The notes: generated by a model from the letters alone, not told the origin. A stretch of DNA of 64,000 bases from Phycisphaerae bacterium (GCA_963666835.2 CAXXGO010000001.1:64001-128000), one strand, 5' to 3'. Positions 1-9,486 are shown, numbered from the stretch's first letter. A program made the numbers and translations.

Positions 1-246
1 TCGACGCTGACTCGGGGGATCTGCGCTGCTGATCGCCATCCAGAGTATCTGACCATGTTGGATATGCTCCTTCGGGAGAACGTGGGCACCGATGACCTCA
101 AGGATCATCTCTGCGCACAGGTTGCGAATCCGTGGGCCGCCTATGCGTGGAAACTCCGTTTCGATGCGGTGAGCCAACACGTTTCTCAGCGTTTTCGCCT
201 GCAGGGGACTGTATCTTCTGCTGTTGGTGTCTCGCGGCTTACCCAT
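1..246 (-). CDS. DUF1670-like protein, second of a tandem pair (partial, runs off the window edge)
   Basis: ATG at 246 overlaps the end of the upstream gene. Open frame to position 1: MGKPRDTNSRRYSPLQAKTLRNVLAHRIETEFPRIGGPRIRNLCAEMILEVIGAHVLPKEHIQHGQILWMAISSADPP. KTL and GQILW-A----PP parallel KTL and GKIGLVVVDADEP of the neighbour. Confidence 0.7.
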   Translation of the reverse strand, partial: MGKPRDTNSRRYSPLQAKTLRNVLAHRIETEFPRIGGPRIRNLCAEMILEVIGAHVLPKEHIQHGQILWMAISSADPPSQRR

Positions 247-1090
247 CGGATCTTCCCTCTTCACCGAGCTCCTTTTTCCCCCCGCCACAACAACCCAGGC
301 GCATCAGTTCTTCCAGGTGATAGCCCATGTTCTTGTCGACCGCGCATTCGTCGAGGAGATCAAGGTACTGTTGTACCAACCGCTTGCCTCTCCGCAGAAG
401 GAAGGCGATTTGCCCGACCTGCATACCTTTCTTTGCCAACTGCGCACAACGGGTGAATGTCGAGACGTAGTTCGCTACAGCCGCCGGTGAATGGCGAAGC
501 ATGGTGCAGATCTGTGAGGTCGTCTTTCCCTCCAGAGCCAAACGCACGATTTGGCTGCGATGAGTCAACACGGGACCAAGATCGTGTACGATTCCTCGCA
601 GAGGAATAAGCACCCCGGGATACGCACTCCGGAGAGCGTTCAAATCGCGCGTAATGGTTCGTGGCGTAACAAAGAACATCCGGTAGGCCAGATCTTCGCG
701 CGTGAGCAGCCCACCTTGACTCAGGGCTTCTTGGCAAAGCGGTGGGATGCGGGCTTGTCGAAAGCCGACCGGCCCCTCCTCCTCCAGAAGTCGATCATCC
801 TCTGCACCTCGGTGGATTGTCAGGCACACGTTCTGCTTCTGGCATTCGCAGACGGGTTTCCCGGCAGGCTCGTCGGCGTCGACGACGACCAAGCCAATCT
901 TGCCAGGTGGGGCCTTGCCGGCGTGTTCATCGAGGTACGGGAAGTAAACTTCCTTGACCACATCGAGAACCGCCTCGGCCTCGAATGGCGAACAATGGAG
1001 TCCGTGCTTGATTTCGTGCAAAAACTTGGCATCCAGTGTCTTCGAGTCAAGACGCTCAAGCCTCTCCTTCTTCTTGTTCCGCAGCCCCAT
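239..1090 (-). CDS. DUF1670 domain-containing protein (HTH-rich)
   Basis: GGAGG RBS before ATG 1090. Motifs QGGLLTREDL, TPRTITRDL, IPLRG...D.G..LTHR and HS..AV.NY recognised as DUF1670-like. Confidence 0.75.
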   Translation of the reverse strand: MGLRNKKKERLERLDSKTLDAKFLHEIKHGLHCSPFEAEAVLDVVKEVYFPYLDEHAGKAPPGKIGLVVVDADEPAGKPVCECQKQNVCLTIHRGAEDDRLLEEEGPVGFRQARIPPLCQEALSQGGLLTREDLAYRMFFVTPRTITRDLNALRSAYPGVLIPLRGIVHDLGPVLTHRSQIVRLALEGKTTSQICTMLRHSPAAVANYVSTFTRCAQLAKKGMQVGQIAFLLRRGKRLVQQYLDLLDECAVDKNMGYHLEELMRLGCCGGGKKELGEEGRSDG

Positions 1091-1155
1091 GCGTAGTCCT
1101 CCCAAGTCCCGAAGTCCGTTACCAAGGTACCCGGGTGGACATATGTCAGGAAGGT

Positions 1156-1358
1156 AGGCATTGCGCCTTGCAGCCCAGGGTTGCCGCGCAGCGGCTACCC
1201 TGGGGTCACGGTTACATCAAAGATGGACCCCAACGGGGTCCCGCCGTTGTTCAACCCGCTTCGGGGTTGGTGTTGGAGAGGATCGGTGCCCCAGGGTGGC
1301 ACTTCGCGGCTGCGCCGCTTCGTTTACCCTGGGCTTTGCTGTTAAACGCCTTCGGCGT
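1156..1358 (-). repeat. REP/MITE-like repeat, family C, one terminal hairpin truncated
   Basis: Reverse complement aligns with 11337-11548, which is bounded by ACGCCGAAGGCGT/ACGCCTTCGGCGT hairpins. The left hairpin stops at 1156. Confidence 0.85.
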
Positions 1359-1369
1359 ACGTCCGATCT

Positions 1370-1763
1370 CGTAGGGCATGGTCGAGGCACGAGACCTGCC
1401 GCGACGGAGCTTGCCGATGCACCACGGGCCAACAAGTTGGCCCATGCCACCCGCGTGGCATGCAGAGTCGGGTGGCATGGGCGAGCATAGCCGACTCGCG
1501 AGGTACGCAGCCGCCGCTGCACGGATCCCGCGTTAACGATGTGGGCATTTGCAGCTTGCCCGTGAAGAGAAGGACAACGCTGCGGCACTCGACGACGGCA
1601 CCGGCGAGCATCAGCGACCGGCTGCAGTCAGTGCGGCGAGCGTGAGCGACCCGCCTTTGCCCGATAAGCGGCGATCCTCTGATGCGTGATGCCCGCTCCC
1701 TGACGGTCGCGGTACTGACGCGCGTTCCTGCCGGGTGCCATGGTCCACGCTTGCGTGGCCATG
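1370..1763. repeat. Mosaic of REP-like palindromes downstream of prfB
   Basis: GTAG-type REP at 1370-1400. CATGCCACCC/GGGTGGCATG inverted pair at about 1443-1479. Inverted pair ending CCGCTCCCTGACGGTCGCGGTACTGAC at about 1627-1719. GGGTGCCATGGTCCACGCTTGCGTGGCCATG at 1733-1763. Confidence 0.75.
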
Positions 1764-1782
1764 CCTGGGTTGGAACGTGAAC

Positions 1783-2899
1783 CTACTTATGCCGCGCGGC
1801 CGCCCGGCGGCGGAGTTCGGCGTCGATGAACGCCTGAATCTCCCCGTCGAGCACGCCTTCCGTGTTCGACGTCGTCTCGTTGGTGCGCGAGTCCTTCACC
1901 CTCTGCTCGGGGTACAGGAAGTAACTGCGAATCGCGTTACCCCAGCCGATTTGCCCTTTCTCGCTATAGATCTTCGCCAGCTCGGAGTCGCGCTTGGCCT
2001 GCTCCATCTGATAGATCCGCGAGGCCAGCATCTTCCGAGCGGTTGCCCGGTTTTTGTGCTGCGAACGTTCGCTCTGGCATTGCGCCACCAGCCCGCTTTC
2101 GAGGTGAGTGAGGCGCACGGCCGACGAGGTCTTGTTGACGTGCTGTCCGCCCTTACCGCTGGCTCGATAGGTGTCTTCGCGCACGTCCTGGTCCCAGTCG
2201 ATCTCGATGGCAATCTCGTCGAACTCCGGTTGCACGTCTACCGAGGCAAAGCTCGTCTCGCGCTTGCCCTGAGCGCTGAACGGCGAGATGCGGACCAGAC
2301 GATGGACCCCCGTTTCGCACGAGAGGTACCCGTAGGCGTACATCCCCTTGACCAGCAGGCTGCACGATTGGATCCCGGCCTCCTCACCGTAACGCATGGA
2401 CAGTTCTTCGACCGCATACTTGTTCTGCTCGAAGTAACGCAGGTATAAGCGCAGTAGCATCTCGGCCCAGTCGCAGGCGTCCGCCCCGCCGGTCCCCGCC
2501 TGGATGTTGAAATAGCAGTTGCAGTGGTCGTTCTGCCCCGACAGCAGGGTCAGCATCTCCACCCGGTCGACCTGCCGGGCCAAAGCGTCGAGCCCTTCGC
2601 TCAGTTCATTCCGCACGTCCGAGTCATCACCCTCGGCCAGCAGCTCCAGCATCGCCTCCAGCTCTTCCGCCTGGCTCAGCAGCTCGCGCACCGGGTCCAC
2701 AACCGCCTTGAGCGCTTTGAGTTTCTGCACGGTTTCCTGGGCGTTCTCGGGATTGTCCCACAGATCGGGGGCGGCCATCTCGCGCTCGACTACGGCGAGA
2801 GCCTCGGTTTTGGCGGGCAGGTCAAAGAGAGTCCCGGATGGCGATGATCCGGGCCGAGAGGTCGTGCAACGTACCGGTAGGGTCCTCGTAGTGCGTCAT
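1783..2899 (-). CDS. prfB: Peptide chain release factor 2 with programmed +1 frameshift
   Basis: GGQ and SPF motifs. The 25-codon first frame MTHYEDPTGTLHDLSARIIAIRDSL ends in CTT TGA C (2827-2821); the +1 frame continues DLPAKTEALAVVEREMAAPDLW. Confidence 0.95.
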
Positions 2900-2937
2900 G
2901 CTGTGCTGCGTTCCTGGGTAACGCCGCCCGCCGTTAC

Positions 2938-4419
2938 CTACGGCGCGATGCGGGTTACTGCTTCTATGATAACATCTTCCATGGGCAACGATAGCTCATC
3001 GCTCGGGGCGAACGGGTTCTCCTCCGTCTCCACGGCCGCGATTACGTCGAGAACCTCCGTTCCGTCGACCACCCGGCCGAACACGGTGAATATCTCCACA
3101 CTGGAGAAGTCGTTCTCGTCTTTCATGTTGACGAAGAACTGGGTCGCTCCGGAATCCGCGTCGCTTCCGCTGAGAGCCAGGGACACGTCGTACAATGCCA
3201 TACTCGTCTGCCCCTCAGCCGCCTCCGACGTCACCGCGTCCCGCGTGGCCTCCTTAAGTTCCAGTTCGCCGTCGATCCGCTCGATGCCGCCGCCCTGGAT
3301 CACAAACGGATCACATTCACCCGTATCCTCGTTCTCCGCGCACGCGACCCGGTGGATAAGGGTGTTCTCGTAGAAACCGGAGTCGGCATAGTAGAGGAAG
3401 TTCGCCGTGTGCAGCGGGGCGGCTTCGCGGTCCAACTCCACCGTGAACGACCCGAGGCTTGTGGTTACTGATACGCGCGGGAACTCTTCGACCACCGAGA
3501 CAATCTCGGCCTCGCGCGTGACGGTTATCGACCCGCCGTCGTCCGTGGGGATGGTCGCCGTCAACTGCACCGTTACAGTCTCGTCGGCGGTCGTGGTTAA
3601 AAGCGGCTCCTCCGCGGTTTCGTCGTCAAAGGAGGCGGTTCCGCTGGTAACCTCCCAGAGGAAAGTCAGTCCCTCAGTCGGCGTCTCGATGGTTACGAAC
3701 ATTTCGACCGGCTCGCCGGCCACCGCCAGCTCGGGAACGTCGATACTAACGGCCGAGAGCACCTCAACCGCCGTCTGCGTGGTTGCGCTGACCTCATTGT
3801 CGTCCCTGGCGGTGACGCTGAACGTGTAGACGCCCTCCGCCGGGAACGGGCCGGCCGTGAGCGTCGCGGTCGTTTCCCCTTCGAGCGCAACCTCCTCGTC
3901 GTCCTCGGCTTGCACCCACGCGAACTCAATCGGCTCGGTGCCGCCGTCGGTTGTGGCCGTGAACGTCGCGGACATGCCCTCAAACAGCTCGCCCGTGTCC
4001 ACTGCGGCCTCGATGGTCATGGTGGGTTGCACCTCTACCACAACGAAGGCGGTCTCGGTGAACCCGTCCGAATCCGTAACCAGCACGCGGAAGACGTATC
4101 GCCCGGTCTCTTCTATCGCGTCAATGGTCAACGTGGCCGCGGTCAACTCGACCTCGCTCAGGTCCAGCTCCGCCGGCCCGTCGTTCTGCTCCCAACGGTA
4201 AGCGTAGGGCGGGGTGCCGTCGGCAGCGGTGGCCGTGAGCGTGAAGGCCGAATCCGGGGCGATGGTCGGCGTGTCGGTCTCGGCGGCTACGGTCAGATCA
4301 CTCGGCTCCTGCGGACCGAGCACTACGGTTCCGTTTTCTACCGGAACGCACGATGTGATCGCGACCAAGACAAGGAAACCCGCCGTGCGGAATACTCGGT
4401 TGATCCCGTTTGATAGCAT
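2938..4419 (-). CDS. Lipoprotein with PKD/Ig-like repeats and C-terminal cyclophilin-type peptidyl-prolyl isomerase domain
   Basis: Signal peptide with lipobox AITSC. Repeated 'GTPPY.Y.W.Q...G.Y.F.V' beta-sandwich units. C-terminal APLHTANFLYY, IHRV, FVIQGGG, TQFFVN, TVFGRVVDG. Confidence 0.85.
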   Translation of the reverse strand: MLSNGINRVFRTAGFLVLVAITSCVPVENGTVVLGPQEPSDLTVAAETDTPTIAPDSAFTLTATAADGTPPYAYRWEQNDGPAELDLSEVELTAATLTIDAIEETGRYVFRVLVTDSDGFTETAFVVVEVQPTMTIEAAVDTGELFEGMSATFTATTDGGTEPIEFAWVQAEDDEEVALEGETTATLTAGPFPAEGVYTFSVTARDDNEVSATTQTAVEVLSAVSIDVPELAVAGEPVEMFVTIETPTEGLTFLWEVTSGTASFDDETAEEPLLTTTADETVTVQLTATIPTDDGGSITVTREAEIVSVVEEFPRVSVTTSLGSFTVELDREAAPLHTANFLYYADSGFYENTLIHRVACAENEDTGECDPFVIQGGGIERIDGELELKEATRDAVTSEAAEGQTSMALYDVSLALSGSDADSGATQFFVNMKDENDFSSVEIFTVFGRVVDGTEVLDVIAAVETEENPFAPSDELSLPMEDVIIEAVTRIAP

Positions 4420-4659
4420 GCTGAACCTCGTTCCCAGTACTGATAAGGTCGAAGAACCGCCCGTTGGCCGCTGGTGGCCGGGGCGCGGCCAGTGTCGCGG
4501 GGCGCAGCTTCTTCCGCAATACACTCTCCTATTATCGGGATTGAAGGCGTCTCGACCGCAGTTCTGTGATCGGCGATGGATACGCCTGGGGCCGGCAAGC
4601 CAAGTAGGTCGGGCTCCGCCCAATGGTACTGACCTTTGTCAGGACGCCATGCGGGCAAC

Positions 4660-5132
4660 CGTCCCGAAGGGACTGTGGGCAAGTAGCCACGGGTGGAGCG
4701 CCTCGTTGTTCTACACATCTTTGCTGGGCGAGCGAAGCGTATCCGTCCGACTCCGCGGTGGCCCAATCCCCAGCCTGAAAGGCCGCAAGGCGCGGCTTCC
4801 TTTTCAGCGAAAGGCGTCAAGCCGGCTCGGTATTCAGGCTGAAAGCCTACAAGACAATAGCCGGGGGCAAGGCCGCGCAGCGGCCGCCGCCCCCGGGTGG
4901 GGGCAACAATCCCAAGCACCCTGAAAGGGTGCAAGAGACGGCGTCGATAAACCCTGTGTCCGTTTCGGCTGCCCGGCTTCTTTGAGAGTGCGTCAAAAGT
5001 CAATGGCGAAGCACATTTGCCGGGGCTGTTTGACCCGTGCAGGGTCAGGCAGGTTGTGGGGACCGGGTCCGGGGGCGGCGTCCGCTGCGCGGACTTGCCC
5101 CCGGCTACTTCATCTGAGCCCTTCGGGCTGAA
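4660..5132. repeat. REP-like mosaic (family B fragment plus family E inverted pair)
   Basis: CGTCCCGAAGGGAC...GTAGCCACGGGTGGAGCG at 4660-4700. AGGCTGAAAGCCT...TAGCCGGGGGCAAGGCCGCG...CCCCCGG at about 4836-4932 with its inverted partner ending GCCCCCGGCTAC...AGCCCTTCGGGCT. Homologous to 17960-18240. Confidence 0.8.
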
Positions 5133-5321
5133 GGACGCAGCGCCGTTGGCGTATTCGGGCGGGACGCAGTCCGCACATCAGAGAGAACTCTCTCGTCTCG
5201 TTTGCCAAGGTTAGTACCATTGGGCAAGCCCAACCTACTCAGAATGGACCCCGAACAGCAGGCTCTTTACGACCTGCTCCCTTAATTGGGTGTCCCAATG
5301 TTGAAGTCACGCCTGTCGCAC

Positions 5322-5756
5322 TCAGGCCGCGTTAGTTCGTTCCAGCGCCGCAATCCGCACGAAGTCGGATACACCTTTGAACCCCAGACGTCGCGCGGCC
5401 TCCTGCAACAGGAATTTCTCGTGCGCAGTCAATCTGATGTTGACCTGGACGTTTCTTCTCTCGGATGACGCCGGCGCGGGGGGGGTGAGTCCGTTCTCGA
5501 ACATGGTGGCGATGGCGAAGGAAAGCGCCTGCCGCGTCGCCTCGACGCACGAATCCGGAGTGAGTCCGTCGGCGAAGACGGTGGGCATTTCCACGGCACT
5601 TCCCACGTAGCCGGCTTGCTCATCCTTCTCCAGAATAAGCCGATAAGCGGAAGCTATCTTCGCAGCCTTCCTGAGGACTGCGCGGTCAAAAGGTCGGTCA
5701 AGGCTCTTTTTCGTCTTCGTCTTCCGCTCGGAGGATTCTCTCGATCTTGTTGACAT
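5322..5756 (-). CDS. HicB-family antitoxin-like protein with C-terminal ribbon-helix-helix domain (orphan)
   Basis: YRLILEKDEQAGYVGSAVEMPTVFADG.T...C HicB-type fold, then VNIRLTAHEK.LLQEAARRLG..GVSDFVR. Confidence 0.8.
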   Translation of the reverse strand: MSTRSRESSERKTKTKKSLDRPFDRAVLRKAAKIASAYRLILEKDEQAGYVGSAVEMPTVFADGLTPDSCVEATRQALSFAIATMFENGLTPPAPASSERRNVQVNIRLTAHEKFLLQEAARRLGFKGVSDFVRIAALERTNAA

Positions 5757-5776
5757 GGATTGTACTCACCATCTTA

Positions 5777-5841
5777 TTCTGAACCGGGATCAGAAGGTGT
5801 CACTCTATAATAAGTATAGCACGGGCTATACCCAAAGTCAA
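5777..5841 (-). promoter_or_regulatory. Sigma70 promoter of the hicB-like gene with a downstream inverted repeat (putative operator)
   Basis: TTGACT (5841-5836), 17 bp spacer, TATACT (5818-5813) with extended TG. TTCTGA-N7-TCAGAA at 5777-5795. Confidence 0.7.
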
Positions 5842-6161
5842 AACGCGAAAGCGGGAATCGTTGGGCCGTCCGAAGACCATCAGGGCGCATATTGGAATAG
5901 CGTCTCTCGGCCGCCTTCACGTTATTGTGTGGTTCCCCGGTGCGACAGGCCTGCCGAAGCGTAGCCGTGGATCGGCGGATTGGTAGAATATAGGACTGGC
6001 GTTGCGTCCAGGGTTGCACGGGCAAACTTGTTTGCCCGTGCTGAGTGATTCCGCAGGCTTCCAGGAGCTTGCGTGCGCCCGGCAGTCGTTCCTGCCGCCC
6101 CGCGCGGAGGGATGGCGTCCGGGGTGGCGCCGTTGCCGGGTTCGCGCGATTGAAGGGTCTT

Positions 6162-7592
6162 ATGCCGGACTACGACAAGTACGAAACGCCGTTAGTGACT
6201 CGCTACGCCTCGCGGGAGATGAGCGAGCTTTTCAGTGCTCGCATGCGAATTCTGACGTGGCGGCGTCTGTGGCTTGCCCTGGCCGAGGCGCAGCGCCGCG
6301 CCGGGCTCAAGATCTCCGCGCGGCAGATCAGTCAGCTCAGAGCCACGCTTGAGGACATCGACTTCGCGGCCGCGGCCCGCTACGAGAAACGTACCCGTCA
6401 CGACGTGATGGCCCACCTCCACGCGTGGGGTGACAAGGCCCCCGCTGCCCGGGGGATTCTTCATCTGGGGGCGACCAGCGCCTTCGTTGTTGACAATGCC
6501 GATTTGATTATCCAGCGAGACGCCTTGCGGTTGATCGCGAACTGGCTGGCCGGGGTGATTCATGCTCTGGCGCTTTTCGCCAAGAAGCACCGCGCGTTGC
6601 CGGTGCTGGGGCTGACCCATTATCAACCCGCCCAGGTGACCACGGTGGGGAAGCGGGCGGCGCTTTGGTGCTACGACTTCGTTCGTGATCTCGACGAGGT
6701 TGAGTACCGCCTCGATCAGCTTCGTTTCCGAGGCGTCAAGGGTACGACCGGTACCCAGGCCAGCTTTCTGGAACTGCTCGGAGGTAACCACGCCAAGGTG
6801 CACCGGCTGGAGGCGGATGTAGCCCGCCAGCTCGACTTCCGCCAGGTGGAGCCGATCACTGGCCAGACCTATTCCCGCAAGGTGGATGCCCAGATGATAT
6901 CCACGCTGGCCCAGATCGCGACGAGCGTCCACAAGTTCGCGAATGACATCCGCTTGTCAGCTAACTTGAAGGAGATCGAGGAGCCGTTCGAAAAGACCCA
7001 GGTCGGGTCGAGCGCTATGGCGTATAAACGCAACCCGATGCGCTGCGAACGGGCGACGGCTTTGGCCCGGTTCGTGTTGTCGTTGGTCCAGTCGCCTCTG
7101 CAGACCGCGGCCGAGCAGTGGTTCGAGCGAACGCTGGACGACTCGGCCAACAAGCGGATCGCGGTCCCCGAGGCGTTCCTGGCCACGGATGGAATCCTCC
7201 GCATTGTCAGCAATGTTGCGTCCGGTTTGGTCGTATACCCCAAGGTCATCGCGAAGCGGTTGCGGGCGGAACTGCCGTTTATGGCTACCGAGGACATTCT
7301 CATGGCGGCCGCCGGGGCCGGGGGCGATCGCCAGGAACTGCACGAGAAGATCCGGCAGCATTCCCACGCCGCGGCCGCGCGGGTGAAGTTGGAAGGCAAG
7401 GAGAATGACCTGCTGGATCGGCTCCGGCAGGATCCGGCGTTTGCCGACCTGAGTCTGAAGGACGTGATGAACCCGCGGCGGTACGTGGGACGTGCCCCGC
7501 AGCAGGTGGATGAGTTCGTTAAGGAGTTCGTAACCCCGATCCGCCGGCGATACCGCCGCGTACTGTCGCGTGACAGTGAGCTGACCGTCTAG
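6162..7592 (+). CDS. purB: Adenylosuccinate lyase
   Basis: RHDVMAH, HLGATS, THYQPAQ and the GSSAMAYKRNP fumarase/ASL signature. Confidence 0.95.
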   Translation: MPDYDKYETPLVTRYASREMSELFSARMRILTWRRLWLALAEAQRRAGLKISARQISQLRATLEDIDFAAAARYEKRTRHDVMAHLHAWGDKAPAARGILHLGATSAFVVDNADLIIQRDALRLIANWLAGVIHALALFAKKHRALPVLGLTHYQPAQVTTVGKRAALWCYDFVRDLDEVEYRLDQLRFRGVKGTTGTQASFLELLGGNHAKVHRLEADVARQLDFRQVEPITGQTYSRKVDAQMISTLAQIATSVHKFANDIRLSANLKEIEEPFEKTQVGSSAMAYKRNPMRCERATALARFVLSLVQSPLQTAAEQWFERTLDDSANKRIAVPEAFLATDGILRIVSNVASGLVVYPKVIAKRLRAELPFMATEDILMAAAGAGGDRQELHEKIRQHSHAAAARVKLEGKENDLLDRLRQDPAFADLSLKDVMNPRRYVGRAPQQVDEFVKEFVTPIRRRYRRVLSRDSELTV

Positions 7593-7647
7593 GCGAGGAT
7601 CCGGTGTTTGGCGAGGGCCGCTCCCGAAAGGGACACGCGGTGTCCTT

Positions 7648-7760
7648 CCCCCCTTGCCAAGGGGGATTGAGGGGGGTTGTCGGCGGGAGAGACTCCGACC
7701 AGACGATCGAGTCGTCAGGACGGGCCTCCACCAATCCCGCCCTTAATACGAAGCGGGGGC
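7648..7760. repeat. REP-like palindrome (CCCCCTT...AAGGGGG type)
   Basis: CCCCCTTGCCAAGGGGGATTGAGGGGGG and a degenerate partner CCCGCCCTTAATACGAAGCGGGGG. Confidence 0.55.
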
Positions 7761-7841
7761 AGAAGGTGCGAGCGCCTTCCCCAGGTCGACCCGAGTATCG
7801 GGACAGTTATGTCAGGAAACAAGTGTCAGGAGGTTTGATTC

Positions 7842-8366
7842 GTGGATAGGAATGAGGTGGCCGCACGGGTTCGGGAGTCCGCTTACTTGGAGGGCGATTT
7901 CACTCTGCGTTCCGGGCGCAAGAGCAATTACTATCTCGATAAGTACCTGTTCGAGACCCAGCCGGACATCCTGCGGGCGCTTGGTGACATGTTCGCCGAG
8001 TATGCCCAGGGTTCGACAACGTTGATTGCGGGCGCGGAGCTTGGCGGAGTGGCCTTGGCCGCGGCGGCGGCGATGAGCGCGAACAAGCCGTTCGTAATCG
8101 TCCGCAACGCCAAGAAGGACTATGGAACCCAGAAACCCTTCGAGGGCAAGCTGGCCAAGACCGACTCGGTGTTGTTGGTCGAGGATATCGCTACGACGGG
8201 CGGGCAGGTTCTTGAAGCCGCGAAGTTCATGACCGAGTTTGGGGCCAAGGTCGAACGAATAGTCTGTGTGATCGATCGCCAGGAGGGTGCCCGCGAGAAC
8301 ATCGAAGGGGCCGGCTTCGTTTTCGATTCTCTGTTCACCAAGGCGGATCTCGGAATCAAGAGCTGA
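7842..8366 (+). CDS. pyrE: Orotate phosphoribosyltransferase
   Basis: FTLRSGRKS.YY.DK and PRPP-binding VLLVEDIATTGG; AGGAGG RBS before the GTG start. Confidence 0.93.
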   Translation: MDRNEVAARVRESAYLEGDFTLRSGRKSNYYLDKYLFETQPDILRALGDMFAEYAQGSTTLIAGAELGGVALAAAAAMSANKPFVIVRNAKKDYGTQKPFEGKLAKTDSVLLVEDIATTGGQVLEAAKFMTEFGAKVERIVCVIDRQEGARENIEGAGFVFDSLFTKADLGIKS

Positions 8367-8454
8367 CCGGGGATGTCGGCTCTGACAGTCCATTGAAGAA
8401 GGGGGCAGGCACCTCGCCGAAGGCGTCTCTTGATACTGTGAGTGGGGAGTGGGC

Positions 8455-9057
8455 GGGTGCCATGGCCCGCGTTTGCGTGGCCATGAAGAGTCCGGGTGGC
8501 CCGCCTCTTCAGAGACTGGCGTAGATGTAAGGTGCCAGGCATGCGGCATACCCTGTACGGAATACCCAGCCTAAAAGGCTGAAAGACAGTAGCCGTGGGC
8601 AAGCGCAGCGCCGCCCACGGACCGCGGTTTGCTACCTTCCGTTCGACCCTGAAAGGTGTCGCATCGAATGCTGGGCGGCCCATGGCTTCAGCCGTGGCGG
8701 ACGCCATCATGTAACGCAGGCATCCTACCTGCAGCATCTCGCACAACGCGCTGAACGACACCGCTTTCCGGACATGGCCTTGGACAATGCGCGCCGTCGC
8801 GGCAGGTCTCGTTCCTCGACCATGCCCTACGACTTCATGAGGCCCCCATGCGGTAAACCGTCCCGGTAGGGATATAAGGCAAGTAGCCACGGGTGGAGCG
8901 CAGCGGAACCCGTGGGTAGATTCGCTCCCACACGCTCCCGTCCCGAAGGGCTGGCGGACGGTTGCCGAGATCGCGCAAGAACAACGGCAGGTCTCGTTCC
9001 TCGACCATGCCCTACGAAAGAACCGCGGCAGGTCTCGTTCCTCGACCGTGCCCTACG
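8455..9057 (+). repeat. BIME-like REP mosaic (families D, E, A, B, A, A)
   Basis: Family D at 8455-8485, family E at about 8566-8660, family A 31-mers at 8801, 8986 and 9027, family B at about 8860-8985. 8670-8830 is homologous to 11165-11325. Confidence 0.85.
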
Positions 9058-9129
9058 AAAATGACGGGTTAGTGGCAGCGCACGTTTAGGCGGTCCGCCT
9101 CTTTGGAGGTGGGGGATGCCGCGAGAAAG

Positions 9130-9486
9130 TCACGCCGAACCAAGCGTGCCCTTATCGCTCCGCCGATAGGCGATGATTCGCACGTCCTCCAGAGTGATCA
9201 TTCCTTCGGTCACCATCTCGTCCAAACCGGGCAGGAACTTCCCGATCCGCTCGGGCATGTCCACGATCTCCACTACGATCGGCAGATCCTCGGAAAGCCG
9301 CAGCACCTTGGCAGTGTGCATGCGGCTGTCGGCCCCGAAGCCCATAATCGCGCGAACTACGGTAGCCCCGGCCAGGCCCTCTTCACGGGCTTTCAGAACG
9401 ATGGCCTCGTAGAGTGGTTTGCCGTGCCAATGATCGCTTTCGCCGATGAAGATGCGAAGAAGCTGTCCGTCGCCTTCGATTTTCAT
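9130..9486 (-). CDS. DUF190 (PII-like) protein
   Basis: LRIFIGESD...PLYEAIV, GLAGATV.RAIMGFG and LSEDLPIVVEIVD; the usual partner of crcB. Confidence 0.9.
   Translation of the reverse strand: MKIEGDGQLLRIFIGESDHWHGKPLYEAIVLKAREEGLAGATVVRAIMGFGADSRMHTAKVLRLSEDLPIVVEIVDMPERIGKFLPGLDEMVTEGMITLEDVRIIAYRRSDKGTLGSA

Noticed and set aside
1036..1645. ORFs spanning REP mosaics (also at 8120-8890, 10047-10553 and 11169-12087)
   Set aside because: They translate repeat DNA, and the same peptides recur wherever the repeats occur.
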